This document shows positions 52,186 to 64,000 of a stretch of 64,000 nt of DNA, one piece after another. The position numbers and the translations under genes are program-made. The DNA lies in NCBI GenBank assembly GCA_020891255.1, contig BQFW01000017.1, positions 1 to 64,000 of the forward strand, read 5' to 3'. The DNA comes from Entomortierella parvispora E1425 (lineage: Eukaryota; Fungi; Mortierellomycota). How positions within the stretch are numbered: the first letter of the stretch is position 1; the number at the start of each line of letters is the position of its first letter. The notes under the pieces are model-generated. The model was not told the DNA's origin. It made no database searches and saw only the letters and a list, made by a program, of their open reading frames with translations.

Positions 52186-54700
52186 ATGCCGCAAGACGGG
52201 GACCACGAAGAGACGCCACTCCTCCTTGACCAGGACGATGATCACCTGGACGAGAACAATGAGTCTGAGGATCAGCGCACCTCCCATCGCAGACATGCCG
52301 AGGCCTTGATTGGTAACATTCGCAATGTGCTCGAGAACCAGATTCCTAATGGCCACAGCACCACCACTCCGGCTTCGTCTCCACAAAAGATTCACGCTCT
52401 CCTGCCTCGCCTCTTTGGCCTGATCAACTCGCTTGTGGACTCGCCTGATGTGGATGACGATATTATAACGGACGACGTTGTCGAGTTCTTGGCTGGCCAT
52501 GGCCGCGAGGTCGTCTACGGTCTCTTGCGTTGTGTCGAAACCTGCATGGAGGAAGGAGAGCGCGATGTCGGTCGCAAGCGCCTGTTGAATCGCCGCGCCG
52601 AGATTGCACAGATTGCTGCCGCGGAAGTGACCAAAGCTTTCGTCAAGAAGGACATGATGGCAACGTACTGTCATGTGTTGACCCGCCCTTACTATGCTCT
52701 GGGCGAGAGTCGCAACACGGCCGAGAACGCGCTCGAAATTGCCATCCGAGTCCATGCAACAGACTTTTTGGCCGAGGTGGAAGTGCAACGCTGTGTCCAG
52801 GCACTCTGGAACGGTCTCATTCTGCAGACAGAAGATGAGGAGTGTCGCATTCGTTTCGTCGAGTACAGTGGATTGCGTCGCTCGAGACACATTTTGTGGG
52901 AATGGATCGATGTTCGCCGCCTAAACGTTCCAAAGTACGAGATAAGGACATTGAGCTGATGTTCAAAGAGTTGAGCTCCCTCTTACTTATTTCTCTCTTT
53001 CTCTCTTTCTACAACCTGAACAGGTACCAGAACAACTTGAAGATTGCCATGTTTATCTTGTTTTTGGCCATGTACTCAATTGTCGTCAACAACCGCACTC
53101 AGTACCCAACCTTTGTCGAATGGTCGGTCTATGTTTTTGTCTGCGGCTACATCTTTGAAGAGTTTCGTCTTGTAAGAAATCATACCAAGACTCCGGAGGC
53201 TTTGCGATGGCGACTTCGGCTCAAGTTTTCTGATAATGTCCAACTCGTTTCATTAGATCTTTGAGGGTGGCACCGCATTCTTCCTGGGCAGTGTTTGGCA
53301 CTGGATCAATATCATCTCCTACTCTGTGTTCCTGATTTCGTTTGGCTTCCGCTTTACTGGCTGCTACTTGAGCACGGATATCAAGACGATAGAATCATAC
53401 ACCAACATCGCCTATGATCTCTTGGCTATCCTCGCTATCTTCCTCTGGGTCAAGACATTGTCTCTCCTTGATGGTTTCCAGTACTTTGGTAAGGAATTTT
53501 CAGAAGTTTGCTCTATTCTATTTGATCGCATAGCTGTCGCTTACATGATTCTGCTTGCTTGCGTTCACAGGAACTATGATCATGGTGCTACAAAAGATGT
53601 TGAAGGACGGTATCATGTTCTTCTGGCTCCTGGCCTGGGTTTACATTGGATTTTTCCAGAGTTTCTACGCCTTGCAAAGGGATGAGGAGAAGAACTTTCA
53701 CAATTCGACAATGCTCCTTGTCCGCGGTTTCCTTCAGGACCCCGACTGGGATCTTGCTCACGAAATCGACAACAACTACGGAAACGGTGTGTTTGCACTG
53801 TACCTCTTCCTGACTTCCATTATTCTGCTGAACTTGTTGGTGGCTCTTTTCAACTCGTCTTATACCAACATCACGGATTCTGCAGAGAAGGAGTACCTGG
53901 CACTTTACACGTTCAAGGTGTTTTCATACCTGAAGTCGCCCGATGAGTTCCCCTATGCGGCTCCATTCAATATTATCGAGGTCTTCTTCATTATTCCATG
54001 GAGCGTGATTGTGTCCAGAAAAACATATGCAAAGATCAACAGAATAGTCATGGGAGCTCTGTTCTGTGTGCCGCTTCTGATTATCGCCCGAGATGAGCGA
54101 AAACGCTACTTGAAGCTGAGAAACACCGACGATGAGAATGATCTTGAAGGAGGAAGACGCCTTTACCGTCACCTGACTCAAGACGACTCGGATGTGGACG
54201 ACGATGATCTGTTCTTGCAGGCAACTCAGCAATTCGAGAACGGCGAAAGCGGGGCCACCACAACTACAGGAGAAACTGCTGTAACGGTGGTGCAGGCCGA
54301 GGAGGGTATTGCTGCGCAAGCATCGGAGGATCCCTGGGGCTTGTCCAAATCCCCTCTAGAGTCGTTTGATGAATTCAGAGAGCGTCGAGCAAAGGAGCGG
54401 GGGTCTAAAGTCATGGCAGGGGGTGATCACCACTCAAGTGCTGTCAAGGCTCAGTCCCAGCCCCAGGCAGAGAACACGGCCAGGACCACGCAGCAGGAAG
54501 GTGGCGTGCCACATCCAACCGCAGCTACAAATAGCCCCGGCCAATTGACGGACACCTTGGTGCAGTCGTTGTTGGCCAGCTTGGCGCGTATGGAAAGCCG
54601 GCAGCAGGAAATGGAGGCCATGATCCAGACCTACATTGAGCAGGATAAGGAGTCCAAGGCGCTTTCTATGGCCGAGGAGGCATCGACAGAGGATCAGTAA
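52186..54700 (+). CDS. TRP cation channel, fungal TRPY1/Yvc1-like (multi-exon)
   Basis: ENALEIAI..ATDFL..VQRCVQALWNG, RLNVPKYQN, S5-pore-S6 segment FFWLLAWVYIGFFQSFYAL...ILLNLLVALFNSSY. Confidence 0.85.
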
Positions 54701-54980
54701 CTTTCAAACGTGCAGATGGCGCAAGATGTCAAATAAAAAATAAAAAATAAAAAAAAAGCCCCCACAAAAAGAAATGATTGGTGGCGCAAACGAGAAGAGA
54801 GCAGTCCACTGTCCACCACGCCCGTCCTGTTGCCACCATGCATGCTTTGCTTGCATGGCGCATCCCCCTGTGCAAATTGCGTTTGTCCCAGCCCCCTGTC
54901 CCCTTTGTTGCCCTGCTGCTCGTCTCCTTGCTGTCCGTCTTCATTGCACCGAGTCGTCCCTGCTCGACTCCTTTCTTCCA

Positions 54981-57900
54981 ATGGACATCTTGCGCGCCAT
55001 GTTCCCGGGCCATGCCCCTGCTCTACTTCAATCGCATCTCGATCGAGCGCACGGCGTAGTGGACGTTGCTGTGGACGCGATTTTATCCGGGCCTCCAGCC
55101 GCAGATGCTTCGACCAGCACTGCACACTCCCGCCAAAACAACAACGGGAATATACCAACTTCTGGCCCAAATAATGTCATTGTCCTGGACGACGACGACG
55201 ACGACGACGACAACAACAACAATAACAACAAGTCCAAACGCGGCAACTACTACATGTGTACCAACAAAAACCCCAATCATGTTTGCGGTTTCAACAACAG
55301 GAATAGCAACAAGAACGATAAAAAAAGTAAGGGCATTGGCAACAACAACCCTCACATAAATGGCCGTGTCGTACTCGTTGACAGCGGAAGCGATGGGGAC
55401 ATGTTTGAAGCCTATGACTTTGATGAGGGCGAAGCAGATTGGGCACCACCGCCAGGCCCATCGACGACATCACAGTCCGCTGTAGTTCAGAAAGAACGAC
55501 CTCAGAGTGTGATCGATGCTGGCGGTAGCAGCTCTTCTGCTGGAAGCTTTGAAGCCTTTCACCAGGAACAGGAGCGGGCAAAGGAATTACAGCGATTAAA
55601 GGCAGAGGAACTTATGAGGGAGCGCAAGATGCTGGTCGACAATTTTATTGGCATGGCAAAGGACATGTTTGAAAACATCTCGGTTGCGTATTTGGAAAAG
55701 CTGATGGAGGAAACAAGGCCGAAAGTCGCCTCGGAGGACGAACTGGTCGACAAGTGCATGGACACACTTTTTGGACTCAAGGGACAATACCCCAAGGACA
55801 ACAAAGGCAAAAGGAAAAGATCTGATTCAGATCAGGAAGGCGATGAAGAAGATGTAGACGAATTTTCATCAGGCTCGAACGGACCACTTGGTGGACCTTC
55901 TACTGCATCGGGCTCTGGTAAGCCGCGCGACTTTACGGACTGCAAAATCAGGATGTCGGGGCCATATACTACGGACAGGTGAGCACTCTTTCTACTACTG
56001 GTGCTGCTATGGGCTGAAAACGGCAACAGCATGATTGAAATGCAATGGCGAGCGACTGACCTGCAACATGGCTTCTTCTCTTGCAGTGCGAAACAGTTGT
56101 ACCAAGACTTTCCAAAGGTCTCAACCACGACTATTCGGACGTGTTTAATGCAGCACTCGTTTCACTATGTTCCTTCATTCGACTACATGACGGCGTTGTG
56201 GAAAGCCCATCGAGACAAGGGAGAAAATGGGGATGGAAAGGGGAAAGAGCCGGCCATTGAGGGTCCACTCATCAGACTCGTCGAAAACAAGAGTGTCCGG
56301 AAAAATGTGGGTCCTCCGGACCTTAACTCGGTTGATCCAGACTTTGCTCAAGAGTGGCAGTGGCTGCAGTCAAGAATCGGTAAGGGGGGAAGTACTTACT
56401 GCACACTGGAGACAACCCGCGGCCATCTAACTTTTCGTCCTCACCAAAACAAATATAGCAAAGGAGACCCGAGAGGCAGAAAAAATCAAAGCGGAGGCCG
56501 ACAATCTTCAATATTATACCGACATGAACGAACTTGTAGAATGGTGAGTAAAGACAATGGGCTGACATTTGGTGAACAACTCCATCGGGCTGAGCATTGA
56601 TTAACCGAGCCTTTTTTTTTTTTTTTTTTTTTTTTGTAGTGGCTGTTGCTTTGACGACGTCCCTCCCAATCGCATGGCACAGTGTGAGGAGGGCCATCTC
56701 TTTTGCCTCTCCTGTGCAAGACAGGCTGCTGAAGTGGAGTTGGGATATCAGCGCACCGTGTTAAAGTGTATGACCCCTGGCTGCAAGGCGACTTTTACGG
56801 ATTCTGAAGCAATCAAATTTCTGGCCCGTCCAGTGTTCCAAGGTCTTCAGCGAGCCAGGCAGCAAAACGAGCTCAAAATGGTAAGATTCTTTGATTCATT
56901 GGCCTGAACCCTATCATTGCGGACCAAATTCCTAACCATGGGTTGATTGTTCTACAAATAGGCTGGTATCGAGGGATTGGTGGAATGCCCATTTTGTTCA
57001 TACGCAGCTGTGGTGGAGAATGAAGAGGACAAGGAATTCCGTTGCCAGGCTCCCAAGTGTAAGAGGGTTTCCTGCCGGTTGTGCAAGGCCCCTACTCATA
57101 TTCCTCAATCATGTGAAGGTACTCCTACGAGTCAATGGATATGGCCCTCAGTGCTGCGTATGGTATTCTAACGAGTTTGACATTTGAACTTAACGCCGTA
57201 GAATATAAGAAGGAGCAGGAAAAAAACAACGTCCTGACAGTACAACACAAGGTGGAGGAGCAGATGTCTGAAGCTTTGATCCGAGAGTGTACACAGTGTG
57301 CTACAAGATTTTTCAAGGATGAAGGCAAGTATAGGAACGACCGCGGAGATTTTTTTGTAGACTTGGATCTACACCAACTGACTTCAAAGGTGGCCGTTGC
57401 CATTTTTTTTTTCTTTTTTTTCTTCTCTTTTTCTTCTTCTCTTGTTTCCAGGATGTAACAAGATGACCTGCCCCAAGTGCCATTCTTTCATGTGCTACGT
57501 GTGCAAGACCAAGATCAAAGACTACAGCCATTTTGATCAGACACCGGCCAACTCCCCTGCAAAGAACCCCAATCGTACGTACCTTTTGTTATTCGTAGTC
57601 GTGATTTTGATGTCACTCGCTTTACTTACAAAGCCCTTGGGTCAACATTTAGTGTGCCGACTCTGGGACAATACGATTGAGCGCAATGAGAGCGATGTGA
57701 GGGCGGCAGCCCAACGAACCATGGAGGAACTTCAGCGTGAGACTCCAGATCTTGTCGCTCATGTTCGGCTAGATATACCAAAGGCTCCACCGCAGGCAGC
57801 GCCACGGCCTGCCGCACCCCGCCGACAACAAAATGCACAGCAACAACTGCAAGCACAACTGCAAGCACAGCAGCAAGCACAACAGCAAGCACAGCTTGCC

Positions 57901-58116
57901 GCAAATATGCGGGCTCGCCAGCAAGAACGGGAAGTTCTAGCATTAATGCGTCAGCAGCGGCGACATGATCGACATGTGCGGCAGGAGCGGCAAGAACGAC
58001 ACCAAAGGGCGCAATTGCCGCAACCTGTGGAGAGACAATTGCCACAACAGCCACCGCCACCACAGCCACAGCGACAACCACAACCACAACCAGTACCATT
58101 GCCGCGACCACAACTT

Positions 58117-58148
<32 letters not shown>

Positions 58149-58488
58149 GCAAGCTCAAGCACAACCACGGCCACAACAGCAGGCTCAAGCGCAACCACGA
58201 CCACAACTGCAGCAGCAACCACAACCACAGCCGCAACTGAGACCACACCATCAACCGCAGCAGCAACAACAACTGCAACTGCAACCGCAGCTAATATCAC
58301 AGCCAGCAGAAGAACTCCAAGAGCAACTACGACAGAGGATGCAACAAGTTCATCAATTGGAACTTCAATTTCAAGAACAAGAGCGGCAACGGGCTCGCCA
58401 ATATGAACAGCGCCTCCAAGAGATGAATCAAGAATATCGGCAGCAGCAGCGACAGAAGGAAGGACAGCATCAGCCAAGAGGACTTTGA
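54981..58488 (+). CDS. RBR E3 ligase RNF216/TRIAD3-like, with N-terminal CUE-like domain and Gln/Pro-rich tail
   Basis: MDILRAMFP (CUE-like); RING1 (CEEGHLFCLSC...CMTPGC), IBR (CPFC...CQAPKCKRVSCRLCK..H), RING2 (CTQC..FFKDEGCNKMTCPKCHSFMCYVC). Confidence 0.88.
57830..58470 (+). repeat. CAA/CAG/CCA codon repeats encoding a poly-Gln/Gln-Pro tail
   Basis: QQQQQQQQQQQAQAQPRPQQQAQAQPRPQLQQQPQPQ within the RNF216-like ORF. Confidence 0.9.
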
Positions 58489-58559
58489 CCAAAAGTCAAT
58501 GGCTGAAAGATAATAAAAGACTCCAAAAATATTTATTTTACAGGATTTGTCATGTTGTA

Positions 58560-61056
58560 TTATGACCGGAGGTTCCTTTTGGCCTCATGCGCCTGCAGAG
58601 ATTCGCGTAAATCCACAGGGAGCGCCTCGATCAAGAGTCGGATTTGGTCCCGCAATTGCTCCTTCTGCTTTGACGAGGCTTTGATCACGCTCGCCTCTGG
58701 TGCAAACCGTCTGCGTTGCCGTTCGGGACTTGATTCCCTCACAGCACTGGAGGTGGAACGATCCCGATCGGACTGGCCCCCAATCTCTTCCCGAGGATCC
58801 TCAACCCACACATTGAGGGAGGATGAAGAAGACGAACGAGAGGGAGTCACAGCCCTGGATGATGTTGAGCTGAACGAGGACGCGTTCGAGAATGGACTTG
58901 AAGCATTCAAGGTAGCAGGGTGCAGGGGAATGGATTTCGAAGGGGTGCTTGGCAGTGGTTTGTTGGCTCCATTTCGGTGAGAGGTCTCGAAAGGAGGTGG
59001 GGTCAAGGTTCTAGATTCGCCTTCACTCCCACTGCCGCTGCCGCTTGCACTGTCACTCGCCCGAGGCCCTTCATTCGAGTCGCCGTTGTTATAACGTCTG
59101 TGATCCTCTGTCAAAATGGCTCTAGACCAGTCCTTGTCCGATGTCGCCGCGCTGTGAATCGAAGAGGAAGAGCCCTCTCTCGAAAGGCCAGGTCGTCGTC
59201 CAGTCTTGACTTTAAGTCCAAATAGATCCGTTTTGTGTCCTCCTGAAGGACCGCCAAGTTCCTCTCGCATCCGAACCAGCAGATCTACGAGTTCAACTTC
59301 ATTTCGACCCTTGACCCATCCAGTGATATCTCCCAGACTTAAAATCTCAAGGTACCGTCTTCGCAGTTCATTCTGGGCAGCAATGGTCCGAAGTCGAAGC
59401 CAGGTCGCGAAGTTGCCACATTGGAGGAAATCCTTGTAAAAAGTCTGGCAAGCATCCGCATTCGATTTAAATGTCGAGGTCTTGAACGAGATGGCGGGTG
59501 GGTTTTTAGCCAAGAACTTGAGAAAAGTCTGTTGTTTGAATGGCGCAATGTGAGGAAACTGAGATGTTGAAGAAAGAGAGCTAAATAGCATATAAAAAAG
59601 ATAGTGTTGTCAATTACGCCATCCAGCTACCGAGATTGCAGCACATTCCGGAGAGTACAACTCAAAACTCACATGTCGTTGGGCACCAATGTTGCAAAAT
59701 ACCGGTTCAAAGGTACTAGGAATCTCTCTGTCAGCGTCGCAAAGTGCTTTCTCAGAATATTGTCAAGTAGATATCCTGGTGATGATCGATTGGCGGTGGC
59801 TTCGGCCAACATGCACAGTAAGTTGGTGTCCTTTTGTATCACTCCCTTGCGCTTGCTTACGAGACCCTACAGTTTCGCGATACAGATACAGATACACAAG
59901 TTAGCTGGCGATGAAGCAGTTTTCTCCAGAATTGTGGCATAAAAAACAAGCCGTACCTGCACAAAGTCGAGTGAACTAGGTCGCGTGCCACTGCGAGTAG
60001 TACCAGCCACAGCCTTTCCATCAGTGAGTTTGCTATTCGGCCTCCGGTTTATGGGCTTGCCGATCTTGATGATATGTGGCCAGTGCTCAAGCGTCTTGAT
60101 AAAGAAGGGGTTTGTAACGCCAAGGACAATGCTGCTGGGGGGCGACGATTTGTTACAAAACGATTTGAAGTCGGTGTCCTGGATGGTGAAGTAAGGTCTA
60201 TAGTCTCCACAATATGGTATCTATAGCATGAAGTTGTGTTAGAGATGACCGATGCTTGCCGTCAGCGTTATTCTACTCCTAGCAACGGCTCTTCTTACAG
60301 GGTTGATTAGGTCGACCAGTGAGGCCACAGATTCACTGCAAACCTCGGGCGAGGTGCCAATGAGCATGATGGGCTCTGCAAGGGTCATTAGCTCCCAGCA
60401 GAGCCACAGATCAGGGACTAGATCCTGGAAATGTTTGTACAGCCCTCCATCCATGGGAACAGAGGAAAGAATGTGTGTGTCGGGATGGAACGTTGCAATC
60501 TCGAACGGAGTCGTCTCAAGCAGTTGCGGTTGGTGGGGTTTGGCGATCTGAACCTGATAGAGGGTTCCCATGAAGGGCAGCTCCATCAGCGTGTTTGTCA
60601 CAGGTGGTCGCCATCGAGCCATGTCATGAAAGGCAGTCTCCAGCATTGGTTTCCCAACTTCAAAGTACGCTGGTCCAAGGGCTGAAACTAACTTTGAAAA
60701 GAGACCAATGAACGGATGCTGGGACAGAAGAACAACCGACTTTTGAAAGTATCCGCGTCGGATGGAGGGGTCCTGTTTTTGGCGGAAGAAGACATATCCA
60801 TACAAGAATCCAGCGTCAGTTGTTGGTCCAGTTGCAGCCCTGCCTGCGGTCGTTGAGCGGATGCGGAAGTTGAAGACGGTATCGCCCACATCAAAGGTAT
60901 TCGAGTCGGGGAAAGAAGAGAAGCAGCTAAAGAAGAAGCGGAGCGGTGAGTGATCTAAATAACGGACCAATTGGAAGGTCTTATTGCAAGCGTGGTTCGT
61001 GTTTTTGGCGTCCCTGCGCTCGCAACATGTGAATGTTGCCAGACTGCATGCATGCA

Positions 61057-61099
<43 letters not shown>

Positions 61100-62347
61100 A
61101 TGTGATGTGATGTGGAATGACTTACATGTTCTTGCGCTCCTCTGGAGTAAAGTCCGAGGGCGGATAGACCGACTCAATGGCTGTTGGGGTGGTTCACAGG
61201 AGAGTCGATGACAGAGAGGTCGGTTAGTCTGCAAGCTCACGGAGGCTCCCCCCTCGTCCGTCTCCTTTTCGCTCTTTCCCTTATTCCCCTTCTCCCTGCG
61301 GCTGACATGATCGGACTGAGCAGAATCTGTCCATGTGCCCCCAATGGCAGAGACAGTGCTCTCTTTTTTTTGTCTCCCGGTCATCCCTGTCCTGTTTCTG
61401 TTTCCTTTTCTTTTTTCTTGTGACGATTGGTCATTGCTACGTTGTTCCTGGCGCTCGCTACTGACAGTTGCTGTTCTCCAGGTCCAGACTTCTCCAGGTC
61501 CAGACTTCTCCAGGTCCAGACTTCTCCAGGTCCAGACTTCTCCAGGTCCAGACTTTCCAGGTCCAGACTTCTCCAGGTCCAGACTTTCCAGGCATAGGCA
61601 GATAGGCGTATTTTCCCCTTTTTTTTTTTTCTTTTTTGGTAGACTGGCCCCCTCGAGGGTCTGCATCCCACAAATAAATTACAAAAATAAAAACCACTTC
61701 ATCGTCTACTTGCCTTGTCCTTTCTCGAGGTCAAAGTTGACCACACAAAAGCAGACCATCCACTGTCGAAGCTGATCAATGGCAAGCATGTCCATAATGT
61801 CCCAGCTGCTCGGTCGTCGTCTGTGGCTCTCGCTCGTCAGGTCACCGTGCTCTGAAATAACATCAACGACTGGTCGTCTGGGTCCTGCAGCTGCAGGCCC
61901 TGACGGGTGCTCCTGTGCTGATGAGTTGGTTCCCCGTTTGGGTGCTATTGTTGGACCCGCAGATTCGTGTAATAGTCCTGATGGTCCTGATGGTCCTGAT
62001 AGTCCTAATGGTCCTGATCTGGATCCGGGCGAGGCTGGGATGGCTGACGAGGAAGAGGGGGTGTTGGCGCCTGAACGGAAGGCAGACGAGGACGACGAGG
62101 AGGAAGAGGTAGAGCCAGAGGCCATTGGGGAAGCGGGAGTAGATGAAGAGAAGCTGGCAAAGGCAGCACCAGGCGAAGAACCCCTTGTGGGGCGAGTCTT
62201 TGAAACGACGTTGGAGTGCGTGCGTCGAAGAGAGGCCGCGCCAAAGAGCGCGGGCAAACTCTCTGTGCTGATGGAATGCATATTGTAGGGCTGGGAGCGA
62301 TGCTTCGAGGCCTTTGGGTCAGGCAAGGAGCTGTCCTGAAGGGCCAT
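58560..62347 (-). CDS. DENND6 (FAM116)-like DENN-domain Rab GEF (multi-exon; first intron GC-AG)
   Basis: WMVCFCVVNFDLEKGQ|AIESVYPP...KNI|CFSSFPDS, YGYVFFRQKQDPSIRRGYFQKSVVL, LWLCWELMTLAEPI, TFYKDFLQCGNFATWL. Confidence 0.88.
61041..61098. repeat. (TG)n microsatellite in DENND6 intron 2
   Basis: TG run read directly, essentially uninterrupted. Confidence 0.95.
61474..61592. repeat. 16-bp minisatellite (TTCTCCAGGTCCAGAC) x about 7.5 in DENND6 intron 1
   Basis: Units start at 61474, 61490, 61506, 61522, 61538, 61554 (15-bp variant), 61569 and 61585 (partial); no spacers between units. Confidence 0.97.
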
Positions 62348-62587
62348 GGCGAAGGCTGCAAGGGAGGTTGATGGAGAAAAGTGCAAGGATGTGCAGAGGA
62401 TGGCCAAGGATGACTTCAATAGCTTATGAGAGTTAAGGTGAACTTGAAAACCAGTGCCAAGGACAAAGGATAGACCGGGTGACCTCAGGGGCTAGGAGAA
62501 GACAAAAGGCTGTGGTGGGTGAAAAAGGAAGGAGCCGGGCGAAGGGATGGACAAAGGGATGAACAGATTAGAACAAAGAAAGAAGGG

Positions 62588-62632
62588 AATGGATGAATGG
62601 ATGAATGATGAATGAATGAATGAATGAATGAA
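62588..62632. repeat. (GAAT/GGAT)n tetranucleotide repeat in a divergent promoter
   Basis: gaatggatgaatggatgaatgatgaatgaatgaatgaatgaatgaa; a similar tract lies at 38-63. Confidence 0.85.
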
Positions 62633-62957
62633 CAGAGTGCGACAAAGGGAGAAAAAAGAGACTTGACTGACTGCAGTCTGATTAACTGACTGGCTGGGTG
62701 TTGTGTGGGGTGGGTGAGGAGGAAGAAGTGACAGCACAGCTAGCTTTATTTTATTTTATCCGATGTTTTTTTTATTGTCGTTTTATCTTTATCCTAGCTT
62801 TGTCGCCACTGTGATTGTCGCGTTCTTTCATTCTCGCTCCCTCTTTCTTTCCCTGTTTTCTCCTCCCTGTTCTCCCTCTCCTTCTTGTCATCTGCACTTT
62901 TCTTTCCTCTTTCTCTTCCCTCAGTCTTCATTCCTATCAATCAACCCTATACCAAGG

Positions 62958-64000
62958 ATGACTGAGGACACCTCTCTCCTCCGTCAGCTCGACGTGCTGG
63001 CGATGCCTTCGCAACTCGACCCCTCCGTCAGCTTTCTCCATTACACAGCTCTCCTTCGAACTCTCTCTCGCCACATACGCCACTTGCAAAGTCAAGTCCA
63101 GCAGGCCTGCCTGAACTCCACTTCTACGACCGACGCCAATGTGCCTATCTCCAATCCACCTTCTTCAACGGGCGTGTTTACCTTCGGGCCTTCTCCTCTC
63201 CCGCAAAAAAACATTTTGGATTCAAGCATGCTTCTCATGCTGAGATTCTGCAGAGTAGTTCTCCTGCAGTTGCCCAAACACCCAGCATTCAGGCCTCGTT
63301 TCCACACCACCGCTTTGAGCGCCTTGATGGCAGAGGCCCAACTGTTTCTAAGTCAAATCCACAATTACTGCGAGACGGGACCTCAGGCCTTCTTTGATGC
63401 CTTTACTGGGTCTTGCGAAATTGATAAAGACCAGAAACGCTTACCTGTCATTACAGTCAGCAGCCCCAAAGACAAAGACGCTCCATTGAGCCAAATGATT
63501 ACCGACTCGAGCCTCCTGCGCGCCAATGCACCCATCGCAGTCCCCAATAGAGTGGTCGCTTGTGAAAAAAGGAATGCTGCCAATGCTTCAGTTCTATCCT
63601 TGAACTCCGCCGAGGAATTGACTCATTTGCCTAAAGTTATTCCCCTACCCACCGTGTCCGACACTACATCAAAGCAACCATCAACATCTGACATTACCGA
63701 CAATCGTTCTAGCGTACAGGGGCTGAAGGACATGAAAGTCATACACGAATGTGGGCCCCCGCAATGTGACATCGCTCTTTCAGAATCAGGTCAGTGCGTT
63801 GGTACATATGATGGTGACACAAAGACGTTGGAGGCAGGGGCTAACATCGTTGTGGTCGCCTCCATTAATCTGATTAGGTTGGGCAACGAAGCACTCCTTG
63901 GACAGGGGCGACTCGAAGTCGATGCTGCCTGCCAGTGGTGCCGCACTTGGGGTGCAGAACAAAGGATTAGCACAGGAGGGGCAAAATAGTACCATGACCA
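62958..64000 (+). CDS. Protein with an N-terminal USP8-dimerisation/MIT-like domain (AMSH/Rfu1-like); truncated by the window end
   Basis: MLLMLRFCRVVLLQLPKHPAF resembles the USP8_dimer LPKHPxY helix. A putative intron at 63790-63877 (GTCAGT...GCTAAC...TAG) leaves the frame open to 64000. Confidence 0.45.

Noticed and set aside
57626-58492. 288-aa Val/Ala-rich antisense ORF
   Set aside because: Mirror of CAA/CAG/CCA codon repeats, which lack stops on the reverse strand.
61474-61592. Regular direct repeats as a CRISPR array
   Set aside because: Repeats are head-to-tail with no unique spacers, lie in a eukaryotic intron, and no cas genes are present.
60239-61666. 475-aa minus-strand ORF with LDLEKSGPGEVWTWRS repeats
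   Set aside because: It is an open frame running through DENND6 introns (minisatellite and TG repeat) into a real exon; the spliced model matches DENND6.

Overview
This is eukaryotic, intron-rich, gene-dense DNA of roughly balanced GC. The gene content (APH-1, site-2 protease, FAM114, DENND6, RNF216-like RBR, DHX35, Stealth enzyme, TRPY-like channel) and intron style point to an early-diverging fungus, most likely Mortierellaceae/Mucoromycota (inference). I reconstructed 27 protein-coding genes by hand-splicing, the last truncated at the window end. By eye I found no rRNA, tRNA, CRISPR or transposon ORF. The strongest unexplained signal is at 9541-10025: four perfect and one near-perfect ATCTGATAA sites, the consensus of the fungal iron-repressing GATA factors SreA/Sre1/Fep1, extended to GTTATCAGATYGAAA. 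They are interleaved with three TCCCGGG motifs and lie directly upstream of a strongly codon-biased, 124-aa, 4-Cys, Tyr-rich small secreted protein of unknown function (10359-10839). I infer this is a candidate for an undescribed secreted iron/haem-acquisition factor. Other notable items: a His/acid-rich GPI-anchored surface protein, a Streptomyces-type secreted lipase with introns (HGT candidate), an EF-hand-containing Stealth phosphotransferase, two GC-AG introns (one holding a 16-bp minisatellite), a very tightly packed METTL22-YjbQ-DHX35 tandem, and a cluster of homopolymer frameshifts in the first 4.6 kb that is probably sequencing error.
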